Shown in pieces: positions 10,663-22,809 of a DNA stretch of 32,554 nt. A program made the position numbers and the translations under genes. The notes below the pieces were generated by a model. That model did no database searches, was not told the origin of the DNA, and was given only the letters and a program-made list of their open reading frames with translations. Every line of letters starts with the position of its first letter. Position 1 is the stretch's first letter. Origin of the DNA: Octopus bimaculoides (taxonomy: Eukaryota); NCBI RefSeq assembly GCF_001194135.2, contig NC_068995.1, positions 6,247,862-6,280,415 of the forward strand, read 5' to 3'.

Positions 10663-11227
10663 GTGATCTACATCATAACAGCAACGACAACGAAATATGT
10701 ATGAACAAACACTGTGTCTGTGTATGGATACATGTGTGCATGTATGTATGTATGAATGTAAGCGTGTGTACTTTAAAATCAGCACAACCACTAATCTTGT
10801 ACGATTCAGACGTGAATACTTGTGGACACCATCTGCAGGTAGGTAGTAGCAACGTATAAATATCGAAAGCTGCAGTATTTGGTAAATTAGACAAAACAGA
10901 AGATAACAGAATCGGTTTATATAATTTATTTAGTGCTGTTGTTATTATCATACGTGCTCTTCCTGTCTAAAATTTGTTGCTTTTCCTAATCGTTTAAGAG
11001 GAAGAATATAAAAAATGAACGGAAATAGGACAAATAAAGACGAAATGAAAAAGAAGAGAAGATACAGGGGAGTAAAGGAGTAGAGAAGTTGTGGAAATGG
11101 AATGGGGGGGTGATGTGTAAGTAATTGGCACATACAGTGATAGCCTTGTTTATCTCCCCAACTAATATTTATTTATTAATAAATATATTAGCTGTTCTAG
11201 ATAGATGGAATAATGCATTTAGACTAC

Positions 11228-11230
<3 letters not shown>

Positions 11231-11312
<82 letters not shown>
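11231..11312. repeat. (AT)n microsatellite, about 38 units
   Basis: Seen directly. Confidence 0.97.
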
Positions 11313-11317
<5 letters not shown>

Positions 11318-12278
11318 AGACGCACATATTTAGTGCATATACAAGACACACTTACAGATGTGCGCGCGCTCCTCGTTTCTAGGTGCATTCGCATGTATGT
11401 GGACACGCGTGTGCGTATATATGGGTGTGTTGATGTACACGCGATTCGCTCAAGAATAGAAATTTTATCATCAGAGATGTATGGTGACGGTGAGAAGCCG
11501 AAGAGGTGAATGTTGGTACACGTTATAACTGCCACTCGTTTTGAGTGTTCACTTGTTTTAATAACAATACCTGACACTTCGATGTCTTTAACAGAGTCGT
11601 TTCTGTAGCAACTATACAGATTTGGTCACCGTCTTCTGGAGATGCCACTGCTTCCATCATATATTTCTATAAAATCTGGAACTCTTGTAATGAGAACTAA
11701 CCATTCTGCATCCTCCAAATAAAAAAAAATAGAACTAACGTATGAATGGCTCAGTAGTAAATAAGATGTTTTATAAACATTTATTTTAACACCCCTGTAT
11801 ATATATATATATANNNNNNNNNNNNNNNNNNNNNNNNNNNNNNNNNNNNNNNNNNNNNNNNNNNNNNNNNNNNNNNNNNNNNNNNNNNNNNNNNNNNNNN
11901 NNNNNNNNNNNNNNNNNNNNNNNNNNNNNNNNNNNNNNNNNNNNNNNNNNNNNNNNNNNNNNNNNNNNNNNNNNNNNNNNNNNNNNNNNNNNNNNNNNNN
12001 NNNNNNNNNNNNNNNNNNNNNNNNNNNNNNNNNNNNNNNNNNNNNNNNNNNNNNNNNNNNNNNNNNNNNNNNNNNNNNNNNNNNNNNNNNNNNNNNNNNN
12101 NNNNNNNNNNNNNNNNNNNNNNNNNNNNNNNNNNNNNNNNNNNNNNNNNNNNNNNNNNNNNNNNNNNNNNNNNNNNNNNNNNNNNNNNNNNNNNNNNNNN
12201 NNNNNNNNNNNNNNNNNNNNNNNNNNNNNNNNNNNNNNNNNNNNNNNNNNNNNNNNNNNNNNNNNNNNNNNNNNNNNN

Positions 12279-12315
<37 letters not shown>

Positions 12316-12618
12316 GTCATTATGTATATGCGTACAAATATATGTGAACACTGATGCACACATAAATACACCTATATGGAGGCTATATTACGAAGCAATT
12401 CGTGCCTACGTAGCCATGTAATCATAAGTAATGGTCGTCTGCAAGTTTGGCTGCATACGTGTACACACATAAAGGTGTGCGAGTGCTAAAGTGTAGGTAT
12501 GGATATATATTTTTATATTCTTATGTTTATGCCTATATATATCCCTATGTACTTATATGCTTGTGTATACAAAGGTTTATATGATATACGCATCTGTGTA
12601 TAGTGTAGTATGCGTATT

Positions 12619-12683
<65 letters not shown>

Positions 12684-13307
12684 GCATACAAACATACATA
12701 TACATATATAGATTCACATACATACATACACACAAATACACTCATTTTTGCTTATATATGTGTCTGTAAGTGTGTATAATATGTAAAGAAATTATATTAA
12801 CCAACATAAATAACGAAGCTCCCAACTAAACTGACAAATATAATCTAAGAATTTTTGCTTGAGGAAATCAGAAATTCTATTTTTAAGGGCAATATCCGCT
12901 ACAGTTGAAATGTCGGTCTTATAAGTTATAAGTTATAAGACAAGGTGTAAAAGCCTGGAATCTCTCCAAGAATATGGCAAATAAATACCGGATTACTAAA
13001 TGTACTTCGGAACGGAGTTATTTTAGAAATCAAGTTCACAGCCTTTGTGACAGGAAATTTGAGGCGGAGTCACAGAAAGAGTTTTAATTTTCATCAAGAA
13101 AATGAAGGGGAAAATGTCGGTATTCATGTACTTGTCATATTGTAGATGTTTTTGTTGTTTAACCGCAGGAGAGACCAGAATTAAGTAAATCTATTTTCAA
13201 CCGCCCAGCAGTTGTGACCACGCTACTCGTTAATCAGATATTTTTTAATGTATTCTAGATTACATTATCCCGTGTGTTCTTCGATTTGTATTTTTAATTC
13301 TCCACAG

Positions 13308-13494
13308 GTGAACCCTGGTCCCGTAAGTCTATGGCCAGATGCAAGCCAGTAATAATCACCCATCAATTTCCATGTAGCCGAAATTGAAACCCACGTGATC
13401 ACACGAATCTTTAAAATGGTAGGATGGAAGGAAAGGAAGATCTGTTTGCTATTTCCAGAAGACCGAGGCTACTTCATTAGTTATAACAACATAT
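13308..13494 (+). other. Candidate exon region: either one 187 nt exon with ATG at 13416 (MVGWKERKICLLFPEDRGYFISYNNI...) or two micro-exons (13308-13322 and 13459-13494)
   Basis: Strong acceptor TTTTTAATTCTCCACAG|G at 13307, GTAAGT donors at 13323 and 13495, internal acceptor TTTGCTATTTCCAG at 13458, ATG in TAAAATGG context, in sequence where I recognise no repeat. No homology recognised. Confidence 0.3.
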
Positions 13495-13579
13495 GTAAGT
13501 ATTAAGTTGTTTGAGGGCGATTTACCTACTATTTAAAGCATGTGTCAGACGCAACGAGTAAAACACACGCACTCTCGCT

Positions 13580-13581
13580 CT

Positions 13582-13612
<31 letters not shown>

Positions 13613-13622
13613 TGTCTCTCTG

Positions 13623-13654
<32 letters not shown>

Positions 13655-13672
13655 GCGCGCGCGCACACACAT
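13580..13672. repeat. Compound (CT)n(CA)n(CG)n microsatellite
   Basis: Seen directly. Confidence 0.93.
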
Positions 13673-14660
13673 GTACATTATATAGATTAATGTTCACTTA
13701 AGTTAGGATCAACAAAATAATTACTCCATCCAGTGAGAGATAAATGTCATTTAATGTAAATGGTATTAAAATAAGAGCTTCTAATTAATTGTTTCTTGCC
13801 AGAGAGACAAAAAGTACGTTAAATAAGTCTGCCTAATCTCAGTGTTTTTATGACAAGAAACTATTGGTAGGTCTTATTGTGAATAGGTATCATATTAAAA
13901 ATATACACACATCTATATATTGGACCGCATACGTACACACGCATGTATTCCGCTGTTGTCGGATTTGACACCCTTTCAAATCGACGAGAGAGCGCGTCGA
14001 TAAATTTCTCATCTTAACATGTCGTGATTTGTATTTTTAGTAAAGTATTCTAATCTTACCTAAGATCGTTAACCCTATAATTCCTAAATGGGATAACATA
14101 TGCTTCTCGTTGAAACTGGTGGACCACAATGGTAATATAAGCACTAAAATTTGTATCGTCAAAAAGGAGATCCCTTTTGTATTTTACAGCTTGGATAAAT
14201 GTTTTAATAATGTAAAATGTAATTTGTTACAATGATGACATTCACAAGTAATGGCAAATAAACGTGGCCCTCCTGGCATTCGCAGTCGATACAAATGGGA
14301 TAATCATTTCGTCATAACATGCTGAGAAAATTGAAATGGAAGCTAACGAATTATAAAAAAGAAGATGCATAAAATTCACCTATTTAATTTCTTGTTCCCT
14401 TATTATTAGAAAGCTCCAAACATTTTTAATTTGTGATAAACGTGTATAGCACTATTTCCTTCTTTTTAAAAGTCACCAGCATAAAATCACCTTTGACATA
14501 ATTGTACACAGTTTATGAAGTTAGAAATTTCATAGTACTACTCAGTACTACTTTCGTTATGGTACTGTCACTCACTCACACTCACTTCCGACTTGTTTGA
14601 TTAACTTTATTTTCCACGGCAAATATATTTATTATACAAGAGGATATATACATATACATA

Positions 14661-14699
<39 letters not shown>

Positions 14700-15546
14700 N
14701 NNNNNNNNNNNNNNNNNNNNNNNNNNNNNNNNNNNNNNNNNNNNNNNNNNNNNNNNNNNNNNNNNNNNNNNNNNNNNNNNNNNNNNNNNNNNNNNNNNNN
14801 NNNNNNNNNNNNNNNNNNNNNNNNNNNNNNNNNNNNNNNNNNNNNNNNNNNNNNNNNNNNNNNNNNNNNNNNNNNNNNNNNNNNNNNNNNNNNNNNNNNN
14901 NNNNNNNNNNNNNNNNNNNNNNNNNNNNNNNNNNNNNNNNNNNNNNNNNNNNNNNNNNNNNNNNNNNNNNNNNNNNNNNNNNNNNNNNNNNNNNNNNNNN
15001 NNNNNNNNNNNNNNNNNNNNNNNNNNNNNNNNNNNNNNNNNNNNNNNNNNNNNNNNNNNNNNNNNNNNNNNNNNNNNNNNNNNNNNNNNNNNNNNNNNNN
15101 NNNNNNNNNNNNNNNNNNNNNNNNNNNNNNNNNNNNNNNNNNNNNNNNNNNNNNNNNNNNNNNNNNNNNNNNNNNNNNNNNNNNNNNNNNNNNNNNNNNN
15201 NNNNNNNNNNNNNNNNNNNNNNNNNNNNNNNNNNNNNNNNNNNNNNNNNNNNNNNNNNNNNNNNNNNNNNNNNNNNNNNNNNNNNNNNNNNNNNNNNNNN
15301 NNNNNNNNNNNNNNNNNNNNNNNNNNNNNNNNNNNNNNNNNNNNNNNNNNNNNNNNNNNNNNNNNNNNNNNNNNNNNNNNNNNNNNNNNNNNNNNNNNNN
15401 NNNNNNNNNNNNNNNNNNNNNNNNNNNNNNNNNNNNNNNNNNNNNNNNNNNNNNNNNNNNNNNNNNNNNNNNNNNNNNNNNNNNNNNNNNNNNNNNNNNN
15501 NNNNNNNNNNNNNNNNNNNNNNNNNNNNNNNNNNNNNNNNNNNNNN

Positions 15547-15582
<36 letters not shown>

Positions 15583-16541
15583 ACATACGTACACAGAAAT
15601 ATATATGTTATAATATATACATTACTCTTCCCTATATAAATATTAATGTCATGAAAGCACCAGATATCTTGCGATAGACTTAATTAAAATGCATACCGAG
15701 TTAAACATCTAAATATACTAGAAGCAACATAATGCTTGTAAAAAGATATTAACATAATCTTTATCAGGTTCCAGTCTCTAAGACATCTAAACTGCATATG
15801 TTGCATACACACTCCAGGAGAAGGGATATTGTATGACACAGTATGAAATTTATCGTAGAATGATGTTATGACCTATAAACTATATATNNNNNNNNNNNNN
15901 NNNNNNNNNNNNNNNNNNNNNNNNNNNNNNNNNNNNNNNNNNNNNNNNNNNNNNNNNNNNNNNNNNNNNNNNNNNNNNNNNNNNNNNATATATACGTTTA
16001 CGCCCGCGCACACATAGCTCCCGATATTCATGTGGCAACTGCATGCGGCCGGGTAGGTTAGATATCCCTGTGCATAGACACATACACACACTTACACTCT
16101 CATACACGCATGCGTGCGTGTATAGGCATGTGTGTGTGTGTTTAAATTGATGAAGTGTGCGACAGAGTGATTTCTGCAGTCAATATAATTGCATAAATCC
16201 TTTGAATAAGAGTTCTCAGCAATACTTGTTCCAACCATTCTCATCGGCAAAAGCAATATGCACACATATATACACACACGCACACACTCACACACACAAA
16301 CTTACAGGTATATATATATATAAAAATATACATATGTATTGCATGTGTATGTAGATATATATTTCGAAATATTAAACTGTGAATCAGCTAAAACGGTTAA
16401 AAAGGGAGGCATGATAGTAAACAGCAGAAGGAGATATGTAAACATCTTAGAAAGCCGTGCGTGTTGAAGAGATCTTTCTAAATCATGAGGTAGGTTGCGT
16501 GTTGATTTAGTTTCACTATGCGCTCCTAATTTTTTTATGAT

Positions 16542-16581
<40 letters not shown>

Positions 16582-17249
16582 NNNNNNNNNNNNNNNNNNN
16601 NNNNNNNNNNNNNNNNNNNNNNNNNNNNNNNNNNNNNNNNNNNNNNNNNNNNNNNNNNNNNNNNNNNNNNNNNNNNNNNNNNNNNNNNNNNNNNNNNNNN
16701 NNNNNNNNNNNNNNNNNNNNNNNNNNNNNNNNNNNNNNNNNNNNNNNNNNNNNNNNNNNNNNNNNNNNNNNNNNNNNNNNNNNNNNNNNNNNNNNNNNNN
16801 NNNNNNNNNNNNNNNNNNNNNNNNNNNNNNNNNNNNNNNNNNNNNNNNNNNNNNNNNNNNNNNNNNNNNNNNNNNNNNNNNNNNNNNNNNNNNNNNNNNN
16901 NNNNNNNNNNNNNNNNNNNNNNNNNNNNNNNNNNNNNNNNNNNNNNNNNNNNNNNNNNNNNNNNNNNNNNNNNNNNNNNNNNNNNNNNNNNNNNNNNNNN
17001 NNNNNNNNNNNNNNNNNNNNNNNNNNNNNNNNNNNNNNNNNNNNNNNNNNNNNNNNNNNNNNNNNNNNNNNNNNNNNNNNNNNNNNNNNNNNNNNNNNNN
17101 NNNNNNNNNNNNNNNNNNNNNNNNNNNNNNNNNNNNNNNNNNNNNNNNNNNNNNNNNNNNNNNNNNNNNNNNNNNNNNNNNNNNNNNNNNNNNNNNNNNN
17201 NNNNNNNGCAATGCATGTACAATTGCTGGACTTCGTCAGGTGTATGTTT

Positions 17250-17830
17250 ATAAAGATACATACTCATATATACACACATGCGAACACGTATACAAACATC
17301 TCCACCTGCAGCAGCATAAAGCATACAAAACAGACATACATACAGGCTCAAAAGGCACATATATACACACACCTATACACACACTCATGCACATATAGAT
17401 AATACATATACATAAACATACATACACACATACGTATATATCCACATGCGTAAACAAACATGCACGCATACACACACGCACAAACACACATATATATACA
17501 CATATATGTATATACGCATGCACAATATACACATGTACACACACACACACATTCTTATATTTATATATATATATATATGTGTGTGTATGTATGTATTATG
17601 TATGTAAGTACGTACGTATGTATGTACGTATGAATGTATGTATGTATATATCTATATATGTAGACGTCTGCTTCTATATGTAATAAATGGAACACGCACA
17701 CAAAGACACAGAGACACTCAGACAGACAGATATACAGACAGGCAGACACACACACACACACACACATCACATAATAATACACACTCACATCCACAAACAC
17801 TCACACACACACACACACACACACAACATA
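17250..17830. repeat. Degenerate CA/TA/TG low-complexity block
   Basis: Alternating purine-pyrimidine sequence; source of HTHT/CVCV ORFs. Confidence 0.85.
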
Positions 17831-17939
17831 AACACGATAAATAAATTATGAACCATCTTCGAAAATAACATTGAGTATTATTGGGATTAGAAAATAATTA
17901 ATCTACTAATGTAAGTTAATGAGCACGTAATGTTTTGAC

Positions 17940-18400
17940 GGCGATGGTCGTGGTGGGGGTGGAAATGGGAGTGGTCGCAGCAGATGAGATTTGTGGATGT
18001 GGCGGCTGCGTTTGGTAGGCATCCTGATAGTTGCATTAAGGACGCTGGCGTGGGGGGGGGGCTATATTGGTGTTGTTTGTTGTTTTGNNNNNNNNNNNNN
18101 NNNNNNNNNNNNNNNNNNNNNNNNNNNNTTGTTGTTGTTGTTGGTGGTGGTGGTGGTAACGGCTATGTTTATAGTTGTGGTAGACTGAAGCTGTGCTTGA
18201 CATGGTGGTAGTGGTGGTGGTGGTGGTGGTGGTGGTGGTGGTACTGGCAGCGGCGGTGGTGGTTGTGGTGGTGTCGGACAGTGATGATGGTGTTTACGAA
18301 GCTGCTGATGGTCGTTGGGGGGTTTGTGATGTTGATCATGGTTATTTTGGATGTAGCGATAATGGTGGTCGTTCTTAAGTTAGTGACGATGGTGGTGGTG
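17940..18400. repeat. Degenerate (GGT/GTT/GAT)n trinucleotide block
   Basis: Seen directly; source of the poly-Val ORFs. Confidence 0.85.
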
Positions 18401-18401
18401 A

Positions 18402-18588
18402 GAAATGCTTAGCAGTATTTCGTTTGCCGCTACTTCCTGAGTTCAAATTCCACCGAGGTCGACTTTGCCTTTCATCCTTTCGGGGTTGATAAATTAAGTA
18501 GCAGTTGCGTACTGGGTTCGAAGTGATCAACAGGCTCCTCCCCCCACCCAGAAAATTCAGGCCTTGTGCCTATAGTTGAAAGGATTAT
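18402..18588 (+). mobile_element. tRNA-derived SINE family A, copy 5 (head truncated)
   Basis: GAAATGCTTAGCAGTATTTCG...GAGTTCAAATTCCACCGAGGTCGACTTTGCCTTTCATCCTTTCGGGGTTGATAAATTAAGTAGCAGTTGCGTACTGGG...CAGGCCTTGTGCC; the tail matches copy 1. Confidence 0.92.
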
Positions 18589-18598
18589 TAGTGTCACT

Positions 18599-18790
18599 AA
18601 AGGTGGCGTGCTGGCAGAACCGTTACCACAGCGTGCAAAATACTTGGTGGCATTACGTCCGTCCTTTCGTTCAGGGTTCAAAAACCCGCCGGGATCGATT
18701 TTGCGTTTCATCTTTTCGGAGTCGATAGAATAAGTACCAGCTGTATGCTGGGGTCGATGTAACCTACTTACTCCGCTGAAAATTTTGAAA
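18599..18790 (+). mobile_element. tRNA-derived SINE family A, copy 6 (full head)
   Basis: AAAGGTGGCGTGCTGGCAGAACCG head, GGGTTCAAAAACCC B-box, core GTCGATAGAATAAGTACCAG...CTGGGGTCGATGTAA. Confidence 0.88.
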
Positions 18791-19403
18791 CTGATATTTC
18801 TACTGTCATTGTGGAATCACACATCCTGGGCCGGAGGTATTTTTCGAATATTTGATAAATTTATGCACATAATTGGTTTGTCATTAATTATCCTCTCGTT
18901 AATTTTAATTTAGTTCCTTTTGTCTGTGCTCTGTTGATTAATTGCTCGTTATTTCTATTGTTGAAGCAACGATTTTCAATTATGTTTCCAATGTTTTCTT
19001 TAATAATGTTATCCCTGTTGTTGATGTTGTTTAGCTCAAGGTAAATCCTGATCGAAACTATCTTAGAAAAAAAAATCAACGTTGTTTGACTGCAGGTAAC
19101 TCTTTGTTAGTTAGAACTAAAATGAAAGCTATCAGTATTCTTTACTCTGGGTAATTTTCACGCAAAATAAAACTTGTCCAAGTAAATCAGATCAAACACG
19201 TTCCATCCGTCAACATTCCTGTCTTTATAATAATAACATCTCTATAAGATAATTAGGTGAACGACTGAAAATTGTCTCAGGCGAAAGAAACATCTTGTGA
19301 CAAGGTTACTTTGCGTAAAAATGAAGCCAATTGTAAAAGTAATTAACTATTATAAAGACTAATTAACGTTAGATCCATGATGTCCATTAATATATCACGT
19401 ATT

Positions 19404-19620
19404 GATTTTATATTTTGTCACAAGGCCAGCAATTCCAGGGGAAGTGTAAGTCGATTATATCGACCCCAGTGCTCAACTGGTACATATTTTATGGACTTCG
19501 AAGGCATGAAAGGCAAAGCTGATCTTGGCGTCGTTTGAACTCAGCACGTAAGGACAGACGATATGCCACTAAGCATTTCGCCCCGCATGATATCGATTCT
19601 ACCAGTTCGACGCCATATTA
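19404..19620 (-). mobile_element. tRNA-derived SINE family A, full-length copy 7 with an 18 bp target-site duplication
   Basis: The reverse complement has CTGGTAGAATCG, GAAATGCTTAGTGGCATATCG, GAGTTCAAA, CTTTGCCTTTCAT and GTACCAGTTGAGCACTGGGGTCGATATAATCGAC. Flanked by ATTAATATATCACGTATT (19386-19403) and ATTAATGTATCACGTATT (19621-19638). Confidence 0.93.
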
Positions 19621-19638
19621 ATTAATGTATCACGTATT

Positions 19639-19806
19639 TAAGGTGGCGAGCTGACAAAAATTTTCGCACACCGGATGAAATGCTTACAGATATTTCGTCC
19701 GTCTTTACGTTCTCAGTTCAAATTCCGATGAGGTCCAGTTTGCGTTAGATCTTTTCTGGGTCGATAAAATAAGTACCAGTTGTACACTGGGGTCGATGTA
19801 ATCGAT
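19639..19806 (+). mobile_element. tRNA-derived SINE family A, copy 8
   Basis: AAGGTGGCGAGCTG head, CAGTTCAAATTCCG, GGGTCGATAAAATAAGTACCAGTTGTACACTGGGGTCGATGTAATCGA. Confidence 0.9.
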
Positions 19807-19839
19807 GAATGTAAGACAAAGACGACTTGGGCGGAATTT

Positions 19840-19857
19840 TAATAATAATAATAATAA

Positions 19858-19922
<65 letters not shown>

Positions 19923-19985
19923 ATGACAACTTCAACGGCAACAACAACAACAATAGTAATAACAACAACAACAATAACAATGATA
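19840..19985. repeat. Compound trinucleotide repeat (AAT)n(AGT)n(AAC)n
   Basis: Seen directly; explains the poly-N/S/V/L/T ORFs at 19705-20150. Confidence 0.96.
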
Positions 19986-21529
19986 AATCCCGTAGTATTG
20001 ATATTCAAACCAGATCCCAACGTAAACGTAGTTTTTATGGTTTGTGTGATATTATGTCCAGACTTAACTTCGTATCGCAAGAGAAATCAAACATATTTTA
20101 GATTATTATTTCTAAACCGAGCAGCAATATCACTGTTTCAAACACACTGACCACGGGTCTAGTGCCTGTCATATCCTATCACCATAAATTACACACAACA
20201 CAGCATCATTGTGTTTGAGCTGCCAAAAGCCTGAAATATTAAACAAAAATGGAAGGTCTAAATTTAGAAGGAAATTTGTGGTGGATTCTATCAATAAGAG
20301 TTTTGGTAGAATTCCAGAAAATGAGAGAATTCGGTTGGTGTTTAGTTGAAGCTTTTCCCTAATGTATGTTAAGTGATGCGTTCGAAAACGTTGATGGAAG
20401 GGCGATCTTGCTGGTTGAAAGGCAAATGATGGCTACCGCCATATCAGTGTTCAGATAGGATGAACGCATATTTCCCATTACATATATATATATATATATA
20501 TATACAAGCGCACATTATTCGAATATACATATATACGTAGTACAGAGATTAAAGATTTCAGTTTGCAATACGTTTTCAGACACGCACGCACACACACGCA
20601 CACACACACATACACACAGACACACACACATACACACACACATACACACACATACACAAGACGCACACAGACGCGCTCACGCACACGCAGATTGAGAGAT
20701 AGACAGAAACAGAGAGAGAAAGAGAGAAAGAAAAGAAAGAGAAAGGGAGAGAGAAGGGCAGAATACGCTGAATATATGTTCAATGACACTTCGTGTTTTA
20801 CAGTTCCGATCTTCGGACGATTGCGAAGATTGGTGCGAGGGTTTATATAATAAGTAATTAATAAATTGCAATTGTAGCATGAGATGCTAGATTTACAGGT
20901 ATAGCAATTAGTGATATCCTGACATTTAGTAACGTCCAATTTTGGAAATAGACGGTTATTATCATATAGAGAACCACCTAATAAAACAGGAAGAGATGGG
21001 CTAACTGGCAGACGCAGAAAACTGGCTTAATAGAGTCTCAGAAACATTGTCATGTCCCAGGTTGAGAAAATTGCTTAATTTCTGATCACGAACTTTATAA
21101 GAATTTAGAATATATTTTGGGTGTGTGTGTGTGTGTCTATGTGTGTATGTAGGGGTGTATGCTTATGTATGTGCGCGTGTGTGTGTATGTGTGCATGTGT
21201 GTGTGATCAGACAAGCTCAAAAGAAGCTGGTGCTGATCCTCTTCGTTAGCACTTAATTAATGAAATCGATGAGAAGTGTTCAGCGAAATTGCTGTAGAAA
21301 GAACAAAATCGAACGTTTCGGAGAGAATTCTTCGTCTCAAAGAAAATTTGAAATCAGAGAAACGCTCACAACATGTGTACTGCAGTCATTTTAATCGATT
21401 TTCTGACTGTCTGTCTGTCTGTCTGTATCTATCTAATGTACCTGTTAAAATATATCTGATGTCAGCGTTATTTTCATTTTTGAGTAATTTAGACGACAAA
21501 ATATTCACCGCATCCTTCATATATATATA

Positions 21530-21539
21530 TGTGTGTTTG

Positions 21540-21601
<62 letters not shown>
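21530..21601. repeat. (TG)n microsatellite running into a gap
   Basis: Seen directly. Confidence 0.96.
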
Positions 21602-22574
21602 NNNNNNNNNNNNNNNNNNNNNNNNNNNNNNNNNNNNNNNNNNNNNNNNNNNNNNNNNNNNNNNNNNNNNNNNNNNNNNNNNNNNNNNNNNNNNNNNNNN
21701 NNNNNNNNNNNNNNNNNNNNNNNNNNNNNNNNNNNNNNNNNNNNNNNNNNNNNNNNNNNNNNNNNNNNNNNNNNNNNNNNNNNNNNNNNNNNNNNNNNNN
21801 NNNNNNNNNNNNNNNNNNNNNNNNNNNNNNNNNNNNNNNNNNNNNNNNNNNNNNNNNNNNNNNNNNNNNNNNNNNNNNNNNNNNNNNNNNNNNNNNNNNN
21901 NNNNNNNNNNNNNNNNNNNNNNNNNNNNNNNNNNNNNNNNNNNNNNNNNNNNNNNNNNNNNNNNNNNNNNNNNNNNNNNNNNNNNNNNNNNNNNNNNNNN
22001 NNNNNNNNNNNNNNNNNNNNNNNNNNNNNNNNNNNNNNNNNNNNNNNNNNNNNNNNNNNNNNNNNNNNNNNNNNNNNNNNNNNNNNNNNNNNNNNNNNNN
22101 NNNNNNNNNNNNNNNNNNNNNNNNNNNNNNNNNNNNNNNNNNNNNNNNNNNNNNNNNNNNNNNNNNNNNNNNNNNNNNNNNNNNNNNNNNNNNNNNNNNN
22201 NNNNNNNNNNNNNNNNNNNNNNNNNNNNNNNNNNNNNNNNNNNNNNNNTATATATACATGAAATTATGTATGTATTCATGTATGTATGGATGGATGGTTG
22301 GATGCAAATGTGCAGAGATAATTACATCTATGCAAAAGTATAAAAATGTATAGACCCATTCATGTATACGGAACAAATATGGAATCTGAGAAGTAACCGA
22401 GTGTCCCTAGTGTGTATCTCGTTAAAGCGATGACCAGTGTCACAGCGTTGATCCACAAATAGATCAGTTTAATTAGCGGAATATAGATTGCCAAGCCAGG
22501 GTATGAAAAAAGTTCTGCTTGTTCTAAGCAGTTACTTCAAAAGAGTTTAAACAGCGTAATAGCTCTATTGTCAG

Positions 22575-22700
22575 CTCTCTCAGAATTTTATCACATTACC
22601 CAATATGTCTTCCTTTTGTTAATGCATAGAAAGTTTAATTTCTATATTATATAGCTGCTATTTTCAGCAAGATTACTGCCGAAATAGACGACTCCTCGTC
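22575..22700 (-). mobile_element. Short interspersed repeat family B, partial copy
   Basis: The reverse complement contains TGCTGAAAATAGCAGCTA and GACATATTGGGTAATGTG, collinear with TGCTAGAAATAGTAACTA and CACAATTGATAGCGTAG in the 6.6-6.8 kb copy. Confidence 0.5.
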
Positions 22701-22809
22701 GCCATGACGTTCTTTATTCAGTCGAGCAGAGTTCGCGTCGTACATACTCCGAACGTTACCCCAAGACAGATTTATTCAATAAACTTTGAGAGGTATAGAT
22801 ATAAATAAC

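Noticed and set aside
10395-10704. ORFs 10395..10598, 10504..10704 and 10388..10651
   Set aside because: They overlap SINE copy 4 and its (GAAA)n tail.
19110-19330. Segment resembling another common octopus interspersed repeat as I recall it
   Set aside because: No second copy in the window and no way to verify the recollection.
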